From positions 11,317,654 through 11,381,653 of the forward strand of contig CM082577.2 in NCBI GenBank assembly GCA_040954595.2: a stretch of 64,000 bases of DNA, written 5' to 3'. This document shows, piece after piece, positions 39,591-52,400 of the stretch. The position numbers and the translations under genes are program-made. This DNA comes from Balanoglossus misakiensis (lineage: Eukaryota; Animalia; Hemichordata). Each line of letters opens with the position of its first letter. Within the stretch, counting starts at the first letter, position 1. Below the pieces are notes generated by a model. That model made no database searches, was not told the DNA's origin, and saw only the letters and a program-made list of their open reading frames with translations.

Positions 39591-42145
39591 TGTCATCCAC
39601 ATCTTCCCAAATTCGGTGGATGTTCAATGAAGTTTCCCAAATGGCCATAACTGTGAGGTTTCCTTCAAGTACATCTCTTCAAGTCCATTATAGTTTCCCT
39701 GTGATCAGTACAGTCACATTTGACACAACGTGTGTGCAGTGTTTAACAGTTTGACTTTATCAATTTTTTTATTTTTTTTATTTTTTCTTCCTATTTTAAT
39801 ATGAATTTTATGATTTTGTCAGCCTTTTGCTTGCCATTTTAAATTGCTAATTTTTATAGACCGTCTTTCAGATGAGATTTATTCTCATATACATTAAGTT
39901 CCACATTTGACAACTTTTTCAGTAATTTTGATTGGTGCATGAAGCATGACTTCTTGTGTACATAATCAGCATTGTTATTGTTACAATTTGTATTCCAGTC
40001 TGGAATGCATTTGCCAATAATAACAATGTTCTGTACAAAAAGTTACAGGATTTTTTAGTAAATCTTTTATGTAGAACAGTGGCTTTTCTGAGATACTGAG
40101 AACACTTTATACATTCAGAGATGAACTAATCATTTTTTGTTAGTTTTACCACAGTCACTCCACTCAACGGTGGAGTGACTGTGATTTTACCTTTATCTTT
40201 CAATACAACATTTTGCTTGGTATTATAAAACTTTCAATGTTTTCTGTCTCTAAACCTACAAATTTGTATACCAGAGTAGCATGTTCATTTAAAAGTTAGT
40301 TTTTTCAAGAGGCAAGAATTTTAAAATACAATTTTTTTATTTAAAGTTAAAATACAATTTTTTATAAACTTGGTGAATCTGTATACTTACTTACGCTTTC
40401 CCAGAGGGTTTCCCTTTTCTCGAAAAAAGGGTTTTACCTCTGGGTTTTGGTGCGGGGTAAATTTTCAGTTCATCCAATAAAGTACGTGATTCGCTACTCA
40501 CGTAAAAATGACCTGTATTGTGTGTGTGTATGCATTTTGATGTGGTAGTTGGAATGCATGCTAGGTGGAATGGGTATGGAGACTAGACTGGGTTAGGTGT
40601 GTGTAGAGAGCTGGTGGATTTTGCGCGTCCGTCAACAATATACATGTAGATGTAAAATTTTGTATCACATTGATATTTGATGAGTAGATATGGTGGCTGG
40701 ATGTGCACTTGTTGACATGAAAGTGCAAATCAACACGGAAACCTCAAAATTCTCTGAGGAGCTGAATTCGGAGGGAGTAAAACATAGTGGTGGAATAGCC
40801 GTGCTGTTCTATCAATACCCCCTAGTTGCAGAGTCTTTAACGCCAAATCTCACTGAACAAATTGGACAGGTAAAACTCATATTCAGAGGACTTCAATAGG
40901 GGAGTGCAAATACATGGTGCATCATGGGACAGCCTCAGTGATGACTCATAGCTCTACATTCAGTGATGGCACAATATTATACGAGGTGCTGCACAATAAA
41001 CTTGGACTGAGTGGATGTTTGCAGGCAGCAATTGAAATAACAATAGTTTTAATTATTTTAAGTATTAATGCCACAATTGAACTGGCAAAGAAATTCAAGG
41101 TTTCCAAAAGAATTACCAACAATTTTAAAGCTATGACTTGCATGCAGTCGGTTTGCTAAAATGATTTCAAATGCACGTATCTAATGTTTTCTGTAAATTC
41201 AGTCACAAAATTTGTTCACTTAAATTTTGCACTAAAACATCTGAAAACTAAAGCAGGCATTAAATAAACCTCAAAGCATCATCAAAAGAAAAACCGCTAA
41301 CTGTATATCAGCAGCCAGGTGTCAACCATACTTTTCCTGACAGAATTTAATTTTCCTACAGAAGTTTGGTCTGTTCTACTGAAATCTTGTGTGACCCTAG
41401 ATGTCTTTCAGAATATTAAATGCGTGCACGAGAATGCAAGTGGTTGAGCGCCCTCAGGCGATTCTGGCAGATAGCTTTCACATTCATATATGTGGGCTAC
41501 CATGATAGTGGCCAACTTGGGGTTGGAGCAGCTGAGTTATAAGCCAAACTGGTTTGTATCAGTGAATGTATTTTTTCGACCTTCCGACGCCCCAGGCCAA
41601 TGGGTCACTCATGTATAGTATAACCTACAGAAATTTAAGTCTTCAGAAGTCTAATGCTGGACAAAATTAAATACACTTTTTTAGAACTGTGGTGACGTGG
41701 ATAGAACCTTACATGCAACCACCTTGATAAGCAAAATGCAATTCTTACCCAGGAAGCAACTGGACGTACGCAAACTGAACCGCCGAAATGATGAAAAAGT
41801 TGGTTTCCCTTTCTGGAAAAAACGGGTACATAGTTACAGGACCCTTGTGTTACTGCTAAATCTATAGCAACAGGGTGACGTGCTTTCCGGATATAACATT
41901 TGGAAGGAAGGGTGGCCTTTTGGCAACGCAAATTGTAACAAGGACAAATGGTCAAAAGTTTGACAGGAAACAAATGCAATTTGGAGATTTTAGGAACTGG
42001 TCATTTAGGCCATATGCCTATTCGATATGGTCTGTGTCAAAAGGTTGCCCCCCCCCCCAAAAAAAAAAAAAAAAAAAATTATTTAGGCATATCACAAGCA
42101 TGACAAGAGCAACCAAAGACCCATTCATATGAATGTAGTGAGTAG

Positions 42146-42690
42146 AGGGCCCTACTCATGTATGGTGCAGGGTTGTCCAAACTGGAAGACCCAGGTCCTC
42201 AGGCTGATGCGTTGGTAGATGGTCGACGTCAAGGTGATACGGCAGGTGAATTATGAGAAACCTAATCATGATGTCAGAACACTGGATGCATATTTCGCCC
42301 CAAAGCTGAACGTATTATATGAAAGACATCGTTTTTCTTCAGCTGAAATAAGAAAACACCGAAACTGTAGATCAATACGCAGCCCGACTAAAATAATAGG
42401 GGGGGGGGTGAGTTCGGGGATTTGATGATAAGTGAACTGGCATGCGTTTGGAAATGACCAGGAAAAGGGGCAACTTTAACTGTGGAAGGCATGCAAGAAT
42501 TAGCCAGTTCCATGAAAGCTGTTGACGTCCAAATTTGTAAAATGGAGGACACAGCCGCTCCACAGGAGGCAAATAGGGTTTGTATGAAACCGAAGACATA
42601 TCAGGTATAAAGAAAAGTCGGACATTATGCGAATGTTTGTAAAACGAAAAAGAGTACGAAATGCAGAAATGACTATGGGGTGAAGCCTAT
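42146..42690 (+). mobile_element. Degenerate Gypsy LTR-retrotransposon gag fragment
   Basis: Across frameshifts: RALLMYGAG ... LDAYFAPKLNVLYERHRF ... ETVDQYAARLK ... EFGD ... KVGHYANVCK (zinc-knuckle remnant). Confidence 0.7.
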
Positions 42691-42694
42691 ACTC

Positions 42695-43540
42695 TCAATC
42701 AATCAATCAATCAATCAAAAGGACTTATAGAGCGCCAAACTCCACTGCAATAGTGTTCAATAGCGCTTTACAACATGTACAATGTCAAAAAAACAATACT
42801 GTTAATAGGCTCTGTTAAACAGATAAGTCTCGATGTGTCAATGAAGTCACCAGTGAGGACGAGTGCAATCAATTTGGTAAAAATAATATTCCGGGCGCGA
42901 CCTGCCTAGTCTATATTTGAAAAGGATGCTTGCGAAACCACATTTTAGTTTTTGTTGGCTGCATCTATATACCGCTGTGGGAATGCCCCGGGTCCGATCC
43001 ACACCTGTCCATAATGCATTGAAGAAATCCTCCAAGAATCCTTTACAATTATTGTCTAGGACTAGGCTATATGGAAATGTCAGTAAATTTAAGTCGGTCG
43101 CAGGACCAGTGGCCAGCCTGAACCTTTTTAGAAATGGTGTGTCTCTACCATGGGAAGGTTTTCCGCACTCTGTCCTCGATAGTCTCGCCTACCATAATCA
43201 TCATGGCAAATTTTGCAGTTCATCCTCGAAATTTTGCGGTCTGACGCGGACAAGACATTATACATACACCTGTTTTCCAAACAAAAGATAAAACAACATT
43301 GTGTTTGAGGGCGCACTACTCTCAGGATATTGCAGACGACGAACGTGGATATTTGATACGGACAGGATGTAGTATGATCTGAAGAAATTGACTCGTCACC
43401 ACGGTTTACATTTTTTGTGACACAGCATAAGTCAGTGGTGAAGTCATAGATAATAAGCGGTAAGTTAGAATTGCTAGCGACTACCTTTCCGTTCACAAAA
43501 TCTGATTTATTTGTAATTTTGTCACCGTGAACGTGAACCT
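42695..43540 (-). mobile_element. Internally deleted L2-clade LINE relic
   Basis: (TTGA)n tail; GTAAAGCGC...GCGCTCTATAA 3' stem; ORF2-type end IETYLFNRAY* (42834-42802); upstream endonuclease-like pieces ITNKSDF, DLCCVT, AVYR, LVLTGDF. Confidence 0.6.
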
Positions 43541-43943
43541 GTGCAGACTGTTGCTTGTCGGTTCAGCTGAGCTCGAGCTGACGGGTGTCGGTTGTGTAGC
43601 TGCTCAAACTTTGGATCTTTGGCGATTGATATTGATTTTTTAAGAGAGAGTGTGTTCATTGTACGGTTCAGTGGATGTCTGCACCAACTTTACGAGCGTG
43701 TGGCGTGACAATCGTTGTAGAGACATGAAATACACCAGACCGGGTGAGAGGTCCCTCCGTTTCTGGACATGGCAACAGGATGTTCTTTGAAGTTTTCGAT
43801 AGTGCAGTGAAATATTTAATAGTGGGAATGGTCAATTCCAACCCACGAACTCAGTTACATTTGAAAGTGCCAGATGTTAATTCCAATCATCGTGGAAGGC
43901 GGGAAAACTTCAAGCTTTATATTCCATGCACAATGTGTGACAT

Positions 43944-44258
43944 TTAAGCAATAAAACACCCCCAGCCATGGTATAACACGAGATTTTGACCAGTTCACGA
44001 CATATACGCACGAGCGATAGCGAGTGCGTATATGGAGTTGAACTGGTCAAAATCGAGTGGTATACCATGGCTGGGGGTGTTTTATTGCTATTATATTATG
44101 CCAGTATATTGAAACTTTGCATAAAACACTTTAAAAAGGCATTTTCTTTGACTATGATATATGACTGTGGTATATGGCTAATATATCACGGTCACGTGTC
44201 GTGTCTCGACCAATCAAATAGCGTGATTTACACCATCAATATACTGGTATAATATAAT
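43944..44258 (+). mobile_element. Crypton-like non-autonomous double-hairpin element
   Basis: Starts TTAAGCAATAAAACACCCCCAGCCATGGTATA; a long fold-back (43947-44089) is followed by a second IR (ATTATATTAT.CCAGTATATTG); near-identical inverted copy at 58204-58533. Confidence 0.7.
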
Positions 44259-45042
44259 TTAGGTTAGACCATGCTCAAATTCTCATAGTGAATTATAAAA
44301 ATAGATGATTATCATCACGGTAACTTGATCTGATCTGAGAGCATTTCCTGTAAAAGTGAAATTGACCTTAGCTGCCCAGGGTCACTCAGTCAGTGCCCCA
44401 CGGCCCAGTTATATATCATTTACTGCATACATTTACCTGTCTTGAGTAAGTCATTAATACTGGAGTCTATGAGTATGAGATACCACTGTGACTGTGGAGG
44501 TAGAAAATAAAATCACCCAGTGTGCCTTGATGAGTAACAATACTATCTATCTATCTATCTATCTGTCTGTCTGTCTGTCTACAGGGCTATTCAACAATAG
44601 ACATCTAGCTAATACTGTAGTAAAGTGATATATCAAGCCATTGTATTTCACACATTACAGATGGCCATCCCAGCCAGTTGTGATTTTTGTTCCTATTTAA
44701 CACCACAAGTTTTTTTAAACAAGCCAAATAAAGAAAAATGTGTGAACTGACTAATGTCTGAGGACAATGACCTCAAAACCTATCCTACAAATTTGCAAAA
44801 TCATAAACCATTATCATAGTGTACACTTTAGGTCCAATCTGTATTGCATTGCAAGTTTAATCAAGTAAAAAATATGTGACCTTCATAGTGACCTTCTGTA
44901 TGGTATCTGTCTTGGTTTGTTCCTAACACTTTTTAGGTAAAGGTGTACAAACATAAAGTCATAGATAATTTTCTTTAAGTAATTGTTTCGTGGAATGCCA
45001 TGTTGAACGTTGACATCAGAAACCTTTCTTATATAGCATTAA

Positions 45043-45661
45043 AGGGGAAATCCGCTGTAGCTGATTTCTACATAATTTGGTAGCTTTGATGTCTCTCTTT
45101 CAGAAAAAAACATATTCGCCATGTATAGGTCGCGCGATTTTTTACAAAATCTAGGGAAAGTTGGCAGAATTTCCAATATGGCGTTTACTGTAATTTGAAT
45201 CATGGGAAAAAAAGCGCCAGGAGCAACTTCCGCCCACCATGGTGTGGGTGATACCATTCTCCGATTGGTGTCACTGGGCGACAGACTAGGCGTATTTTCA
45301 TAGCTATTGTTTGTTCTTTGCATCAGTTGATAAACAATCATCAGCAAAGTCGAAAATTTGTCATCTATTGACAGTTTTCATGAGCTATAACCCATGAGAA
45401 ATATGCAAATACGCTTAGCTTGTGACACAGTGACACCAATCGGAAAATGGTATCACCCACTCCAAGGTGGGCGGAAGTTGGTCCTGGCGCTTTTTTTCCC
45501 ATGATTCAAATTACAGTAAACGCCATATTGGAAATTCTGCCAACTTTCCCTAGATTTTGTAAAAAATCGCGCGACCTATACATGGCGAATATGTTTTTTT
45601 CTGAAAGAGACACATCAAAGCTACCAAATTATGTAGAAATCAGCTACAGCGGATTTCCCCT
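45043..45661. mobile_element. Kolobok-type MITE with ~230-bp TIRs
   Basis: TTAA-AGGGGAAATCCGCTGTAGC ... GCTACAGCGGATTTCCCCT-TTAA; arms nearly identical, producing the mirror ORFs 45039 and 45447. Confidence 0.85.
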
Positions 45662-46099
45662 TTAATATAACCTTGATTAATATACTAGTAATAATTACTG
45701 ACCGTCGAAATTGGGGTCTTGAACACATGACTGCATGACAATGCAATTATAATAGGTGTGAAACAATGGACTAGGTATGTGCCACAGTGGCACGTCCATG
45801 GTATGTGGATCTGGTATTTATAGTGCAAAGGTGGGCGTGTCCCTGGTATGGGCCGAAACGTGTGTTATATATCATAAAGATTACAGGTAAAGAGCGTTGC
45901 CATTTGGCCGCATTATGCAATGGTAGCCCTGACGCCCCGGTCACCCTGGGCACTGCCGAAGTCCGGCATGTTGTGGGGAAATTTACTGCACACAACGAGC
46001 GCACTGTACTGCGATACTGGTAGTACATACATGCAGTCCATGTTTTACAGGTGCGGGTGACAGATTTACGCATGTGTTACGCCTGCATGTGTTCCCTAA

Positions 46100-46379
46100 C
46101 CAGATTATTACCCTTTGTTGGTAAACAGCTTTGTGTCAGCTGATCAGACCCCAAACAGATCAATTGCTCGGCGTTGATTGGCCAAGATGCTCATGAATAT
46201 GTATATTTGTCCCATGGTGCTTTGCTGAACCGCTTCATCTCATTACTTTTGTCGGCCATTGCAGATCGGTTTCTGGTACACTTCGAAACTGACAGTTTGT
46301 GCAAACATCGGATGGATGGATGTAAAACCTGTGTGTTTATTCTAACCGAAGGATCTTTGTAAAAGCAGTTTGATTGAGT
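46100..46379 (+). promoter_or_regulatory. Promoter / 5' UTR region of the SUN-like gene
   Basis: CpG-enriched segment with a reverse CCAAT box (ATTGG 46177-46181), directly upstream of ATG 46380 (A at -3) and a gtaaag donor. Confidence 0.5.
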
Positions 46380-46444
46380 ATGAATCGTTCACGGAATAGC
46401 TCGGGTTCCCCGAGGCCCTTCGAAAGGAGACCGCCTACTTATAG
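46380..46444 (+). CDS. SUN-like gene coding exon 1
   Basis: MNRSRNSSGSPRPFERRPPTY; donor gtaaag; phase 2. Confidence 0.65.
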
Positions 46445-49400
46445 GTAAAGTTGTCGTATATGTTGTTGTCGTGCATTGCAAATTGCAATGGGCATAATGT
46501 TTTGATCCACATGTCTCACTGCTGGTTATCTTTGTACATTGTCGTGTTCCGTTTCATGGGGTAAGGGAAGGGATATATCGACGTATTTAGGCGTCTAACA
46601 CCATGTCACCGCCCCATCTTTCAAAACTCATCTTCATCTCAGAATCTGTGGAACGGGTCGGTCTGGCCAGGGAATGCCATTGAGCGTCGAACAGATGGCT
46701 CGTTCCAGCAGACGTATGAAATGATCTCCGGGGTATGTTTTAAGAATTTCTTCGCGGAAACACGAATATAAATTTGAAAACAAGCAGTTTATTTACCTCA
46801 TTTTCAAATGGTCACCATATTTATAGTTCGATGTGAAAACCTCGTTAACAACATGTTCACAACCTTTTGTTTTTGGCTAATTTTCAAATCAAAGGTCGTT
46901 GTTTTCAATGATAATTAAATTATATTCTCGAGATTTACAAGAGTAGTTATTGATGCTTTATATTTTTGTTTGTAGAGTGTGATTCAAAGGCAATTGTTTT
47001 GTTATGGATACGATGATATGCACGTTGTGGATATTGCGTGTTCAATTATTTTACGAAGCGTGTGCTCTGACATGGACAATGATAGGCACCATCACAATAC
47101 GAATAGTCCATAAACCATGTGGTAACAATCACGATGAATTTTACACAAGCCTGTCAAATCTAAACCTTTATGGTAGTAGAACGCGTTCAAAGTTTCTGTT
47201 GGAGATTGAGTTATAGCACTGAATGCTGCTGTTGTGGCGGTGGTGGTGGTGGTGGTGGTGTGAAGGGTACCGTAGTAATCGAGCCGGTTTGTGTAGACAG
47301 GCGCGAATGGCTGTGTAATGATGAGGCCCAGCAGGGTGTGTTTGTAGTGGAGGTTTGTTGTGAAAGTTGATGAGTTCAACCCAGGTCAAAGGTGGTGTGC
47401 ATTGTCGCTAGGGTTCTTTCAGATTGACTTGTGTTCCCTTCAGAATGGTCAAAAGAAGTCATAAAATGTTTTCTCTCTTGTGGTTGTCATTCTTGTACAT
47501 GCAGGATTGCAGGCAACTGTTTTTTTTTGTGAGATTGCTTGAAATATTTGATGTTGAAAAGGGGTTGTGATCGAATAGTATGAGGGATGACACAACTTTC
47601 AAAACTTGCACATATGACTGACTTCAGTTTTTAAACAATCACATAAAATTCATGTATGGTGACAATTTTTAAGTGTCACACTATCAAAGTGAAAACACAC
47701 AATTCAGTTCACATGAGCTCTTATACTACATGTAGCACTAGCAGTCATTATTTATTACAGCAGTTTTCTCTATAATCATATTTGTGAAGACTGGACTGAG
47801 GCAGATTTGGGCACCAGAGAATGCTAATCACGTCAAAAGACTATTAGTGACTAGTGAACTACCTTGTGGAATGTAAATATCATTTGTTAACGCCTGCAGG
47901 CCTGATCACATTAGTATTAATGTGTAAACACTAAAAGCGATGCCTTTTGAATTCCATACAAAGGCACAACAAACCAGACCCTTCTGACATTGTTGGCATG
48001 ACTAGATTAATTCTAGATTTAACCATTTCCCTTTTTGGCAGATTCAAAGCATACCCTGCCTCATGAACTTCACACAATTTTGTACAGTCAATATGTTACT
48101 GCACTGAGAGGGCACCCTTCTAAATGGGAGTAGATCTCTTAAAAACCAGAGATTTAGAATAGTTTAGTGAATTGAAAAACAATGAAATTCCTACATGTAC
48201 ATAACAAAAATCACTGAAATATCATAATATAGTAACTATCCTGTTAAGTGGGGACAAGTCTGAATTCTGCTTCAAGTATCCCCCTTTGATTTGGCATTTC
48301 CTTGATTTTTACCAGTTCAAAGTTTACAGCTTTTTTGTGTACAGTAAGTCCATGACAAAGGAATGTTTGAGAGATTTTATCTTTTACGATTGTCTTTAAT
48401 AGCTTTATTATCGCCATTGTGTTGCTGAATATTGACTCTATCTACCTGTGTTATCTGATTGTCAAGTACATTGTCTGAAGTGTTGTTGTATTTTTACTAC
48501 TCTTGGCACAAGTCATTGCTAATAATTTATTTGTCAATGATTGTGTAGGCCACTGGTCAACACTACAGTGAACCATGGTACAGCTGGTATCCATTTTGAT
48601 ATCAGGTGATCATCCCATATGTAGTTTTGTTTTGTTGTTGTTCAGAGCTGCTGGGAAAGGCAATAAATATTGCCACCTGGCACCATTGTTTATGCATACA
48701 TGTACATTCTCGGCCTACCAAGTGGTATGCTCTCACTGTTTCAGTTACGGATCATGCAGTTTGCCTACAACCAATGTAATTATTCCAAAATTGAGTGCTG
48801 GGTGATCAAGCTCTATAATTCAAATAACATGATTTTATACTACGAGTGAAATGTACCGTTCATGTACATGTACATCCCATGCCTAGTAATTATCAAAATT
48901 TATAATTCAAATTGTATAGGCAACTGTATTTGATTTTCTCAGCGTGGGAATTACAATATGTACAAGTTGATTATGCTAAATGTTTGTACTTGTAGGATAT
49001 CTGGATGAATTCTTCATGGTGCAATTACTCACAAGTTGTTTGTAGCCAGACCAGTCTTGTTTGCATCTTGTGGTAAAACATAATTAATGGCATAAAAGTC
49101 AAATATTAGTCAGTCTTGTTTCAAGTACCTACTTGTCAGTTGATATAGCGTGACTCTAACCTGTAACCAGTTCAAGTTTGTATGGACAAACCTCTTGTAA
49201 ATCAATAGTCATGTAAATAGCCATGGTTATGCAAGTGGTACATGTAGGCTACAGCATGTGTAAGGTACATGTACATGGCTTCTATTGTATTCTTTTCTCC
49301 AATTTGCTGTTTTTGTATGTTGCTCATTGTCACTCAGCTGGACTGCTAAGTTAAGTTTTGTTCTTATACACCTGTGCAATTTGTTTCTGTTGCAGTCATG

Positions 49401-52400
49401 GTGGAGACTGCTTCTATTCAATTGTAGTGACCCCAGTTGACCTTCCATCATAGTTGGGTTCACACCACATCCCAACAGGACAGACAATTTGCCTTGGCAT
49501 GTGTAACCCCGAGCTTTTGTCCTACAGGCAAATATTTTCGGTAATGGTAACGAGTTTTCAGTGCCCACTCTTCATATGTAAACACCACCCACAATATAAA
49601 GTACCTCGTCCTGTACATTCAACGCTTGCATATTTAGAGAAAAATCAAATTTGAGATAAAAATGCATGATCTGAGGTGAGTGAAGTGTGAACCTGATGGA
49701 TCATTCGTAGAACTTCAGATCATGTACATTATACCCAAGCTTACACTCCATCGAGAGGCTATTTTCTGTTTATTTCTTTTATCTCAATGATTTATCATAT
49801 AATGTGTGATCTTGCACTGAATGTAACAATAGAAAGAATGTGCTTTACCATAGACACTGAAAAGAGCGGCTAGTACTTCTGTCTAAATGGGGTAATTTAT
49901 CTTGCAGGCATCCAGTTGGGCCCCAACCTGGATCCGACCAGGTTAAGTGATTTATTTGTTTTAGCATCATTGTGGGTTCATGTTTAAAAGGACATTCAGT
50001 GAATCATGTCTTCCTTGTTCAAGGACAATTATTCACAATGGTAAATTTGGCCTCAATCTTTTCCTGTTATGTTGATTTTGTCAACGTCAGCCCAAAATGT
50101 TTGCATTCTTTGGGTGGAGGAGTTCACAGAATGATGAAGTCATTATGTGGTGGTGAAGGGTAGGCTTTTGTCGTTCCCTTTTCTGAAATGTGTGAATAAA
50201 ACCACAGGTTGAAGTGGATGCTTTTTGTTGTGTCAGTGATGCGTATGCTTTGATAATGGCGTGGGCTGAAAGCGTGAAGTGCATCCATTCTCTATCGTCT
50301 TGCGGTATTTTGACACGCCCTGAAAACCTTTTCAGAAAATGCAGGTCAAATGAGGATGTGTAGCACGAATCAAATTTCACTTAAATATGGATCATAAGTG
50401 TACGGCAGAATTAAAGCCTGTCATTTTAAAAATTGGAAGGCACTGACACCATCCTGAAATAGGGTTCATTCTACGAGTGTAATATTAATATCCCTGAGAA
50501 CAAAGTCTGAACTTGGACACTGTGGCGATGGTCACCTTGAAAATGTATCAATTTCAGTGAACAAATTCTTTATGTCATATTTCTTATTCAGTTGAAATTC
50601 AAACCTTGGGATGGATGTTTTAATACAGTTACAATTCTGTTTGAGAAACATTTTCATATACGTAACATGTGAATAGAAAATGCATATTAAACTATAAAAA
50701 GAATGCCTAAAAATTCATCTTATAAAAGAATTTGTTTGCATATACACTCATTCTCCTGTAGTTCTTTTTCATTCACAAGGATCTATTTTATTTACTTTTC
50801 TAATCAAGCTACTGAGACATGTAAACCTAATAGTACACATTGGTGTTTGTAGTTCCACTCCCATTACCTAATTGTATTTGCCTTCAATGATAGTAGTACA
50901 AATTTGTAAGTATTGTAGGGAATATAGTGCAGTGGAAGTTAATATTTGATGATGCCTGATGCTGGGTTCTTGAGAGCTGAGCTGAATAGGAAATCACGTT
51001 GGGTGTCCCAGACCTATGTATTGATCGGGTTTATTGTTTTGGTTCATTCAGCCATCAATAAATTGGACGTTGATACCTTCTACTAGTAAACAACTGCTTG
51101 AAAAAAATAGATGGCGTACATGTACATGTACATTCTGTGGCAATACCTGAATGGTTTAACAAGTGTCAATGAGACATGAGGAACAGAAAAATTTTGTTCC
51201 AGATTGTTGACATATCAATTGTGCAGTGACCCCAGATTGTAGTCTATTGAATGGGATTGCCCATGGATGAGTGGAATTACAGTGTCCACTTCACGTTTAG
51301 TGTATATTCTGAAATACCTGTATCAAAACAATGTTGTTAGCCCCGAAATAGGATACATGTCTCTGTGGTCTGAGTGTACACTGCAGGCTTGCTGTTCAAT
51401 AAACTACACTGACATTCATGAGATTTTTATATTAAAAACACTGCCTTGTTTCAAAACATCTGCTACATTTTAATTAATGAAACCTAGACCCATATGCAAA
51501 TGTCATACGTGTATGAACAGCATAGAAATTGGGATAAATGTGTCTTGTCTATAGAGCTTTGTGATCTCTGACCATAAATAACATTATGGTCAGAGATCAA
51601 CCCTCGCTAACATGTGTTATTGTTTAAATATACCGTGTGGTAATCTTTATCACCATTCTTTCTCATTCATTTCAGGGCATCTTTGAAGTTCAAGAATTCA
51701 CAGGAGTTGGACCATTGGTTGTCAAGCCAGTAAGATTATTTTTGTAGTTATTTTATAAGTTTGTCAGCAGCTGCACTGCAAATCTGGACATGAATGCATT
51801 CACTTGTACTATATACACTCATGTGAGATAATATGTAGACTTGAGATATTGTCCAGGGGATTTGTACAGTTCAAGAATGGATAGTCTGAATCAATAATTG
51901 AAATATGCAAAGCCAATGAATGGGTATCCTTTTTGGGTGGCTTCAGTTGTATTTATTCCCCCGGAAAACTGCTTGTGGGTTAGACTTGTAAGCTCAGTAT
52001 AATTGATCTCATGTAACCTTCCCATCAATCATCAGGCTTCCCAGTGTTCCATCCATTGTCACAGAAAGAAATGAATATCAAATATTTGCAGCTTTCTCAT
52101 TTAATTTACCAGAAACCTAAGAAACAGAATCCTTATCATGGCTCCTGGTGCTGTCTGCAACAACAAGGTCAGCAGCTGAACCCCCCCCCCTCCCCCAGAC
52201 AGATAGAAATATTTACTCAATAATGATATTACTACTGTTCTATCTAAGATAGATGACTCAGACTGAATTGACCTTCAGAAAAAAGGTTCATGCAAGAACT
52301 GTATACAGAATTTGACATTCTTGGGCTCAACTAAGCAGTTTGAATCGCCCACCCCCACCCCCAAAACAACAACAAAACAACACCACAGTGATACATAAAA

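Noticed and set aside
40690-41159. Minus-strand FTCPICS zinc-finger-like snippet and short ORFs
   Set aside because: Multiple stops and no second ligand pair; too degraded to assign.
45039-45665. Two near-identical ORFs on opposite strands
   Set aside because: They are the two arms of a MITE terminal inverted repeat.
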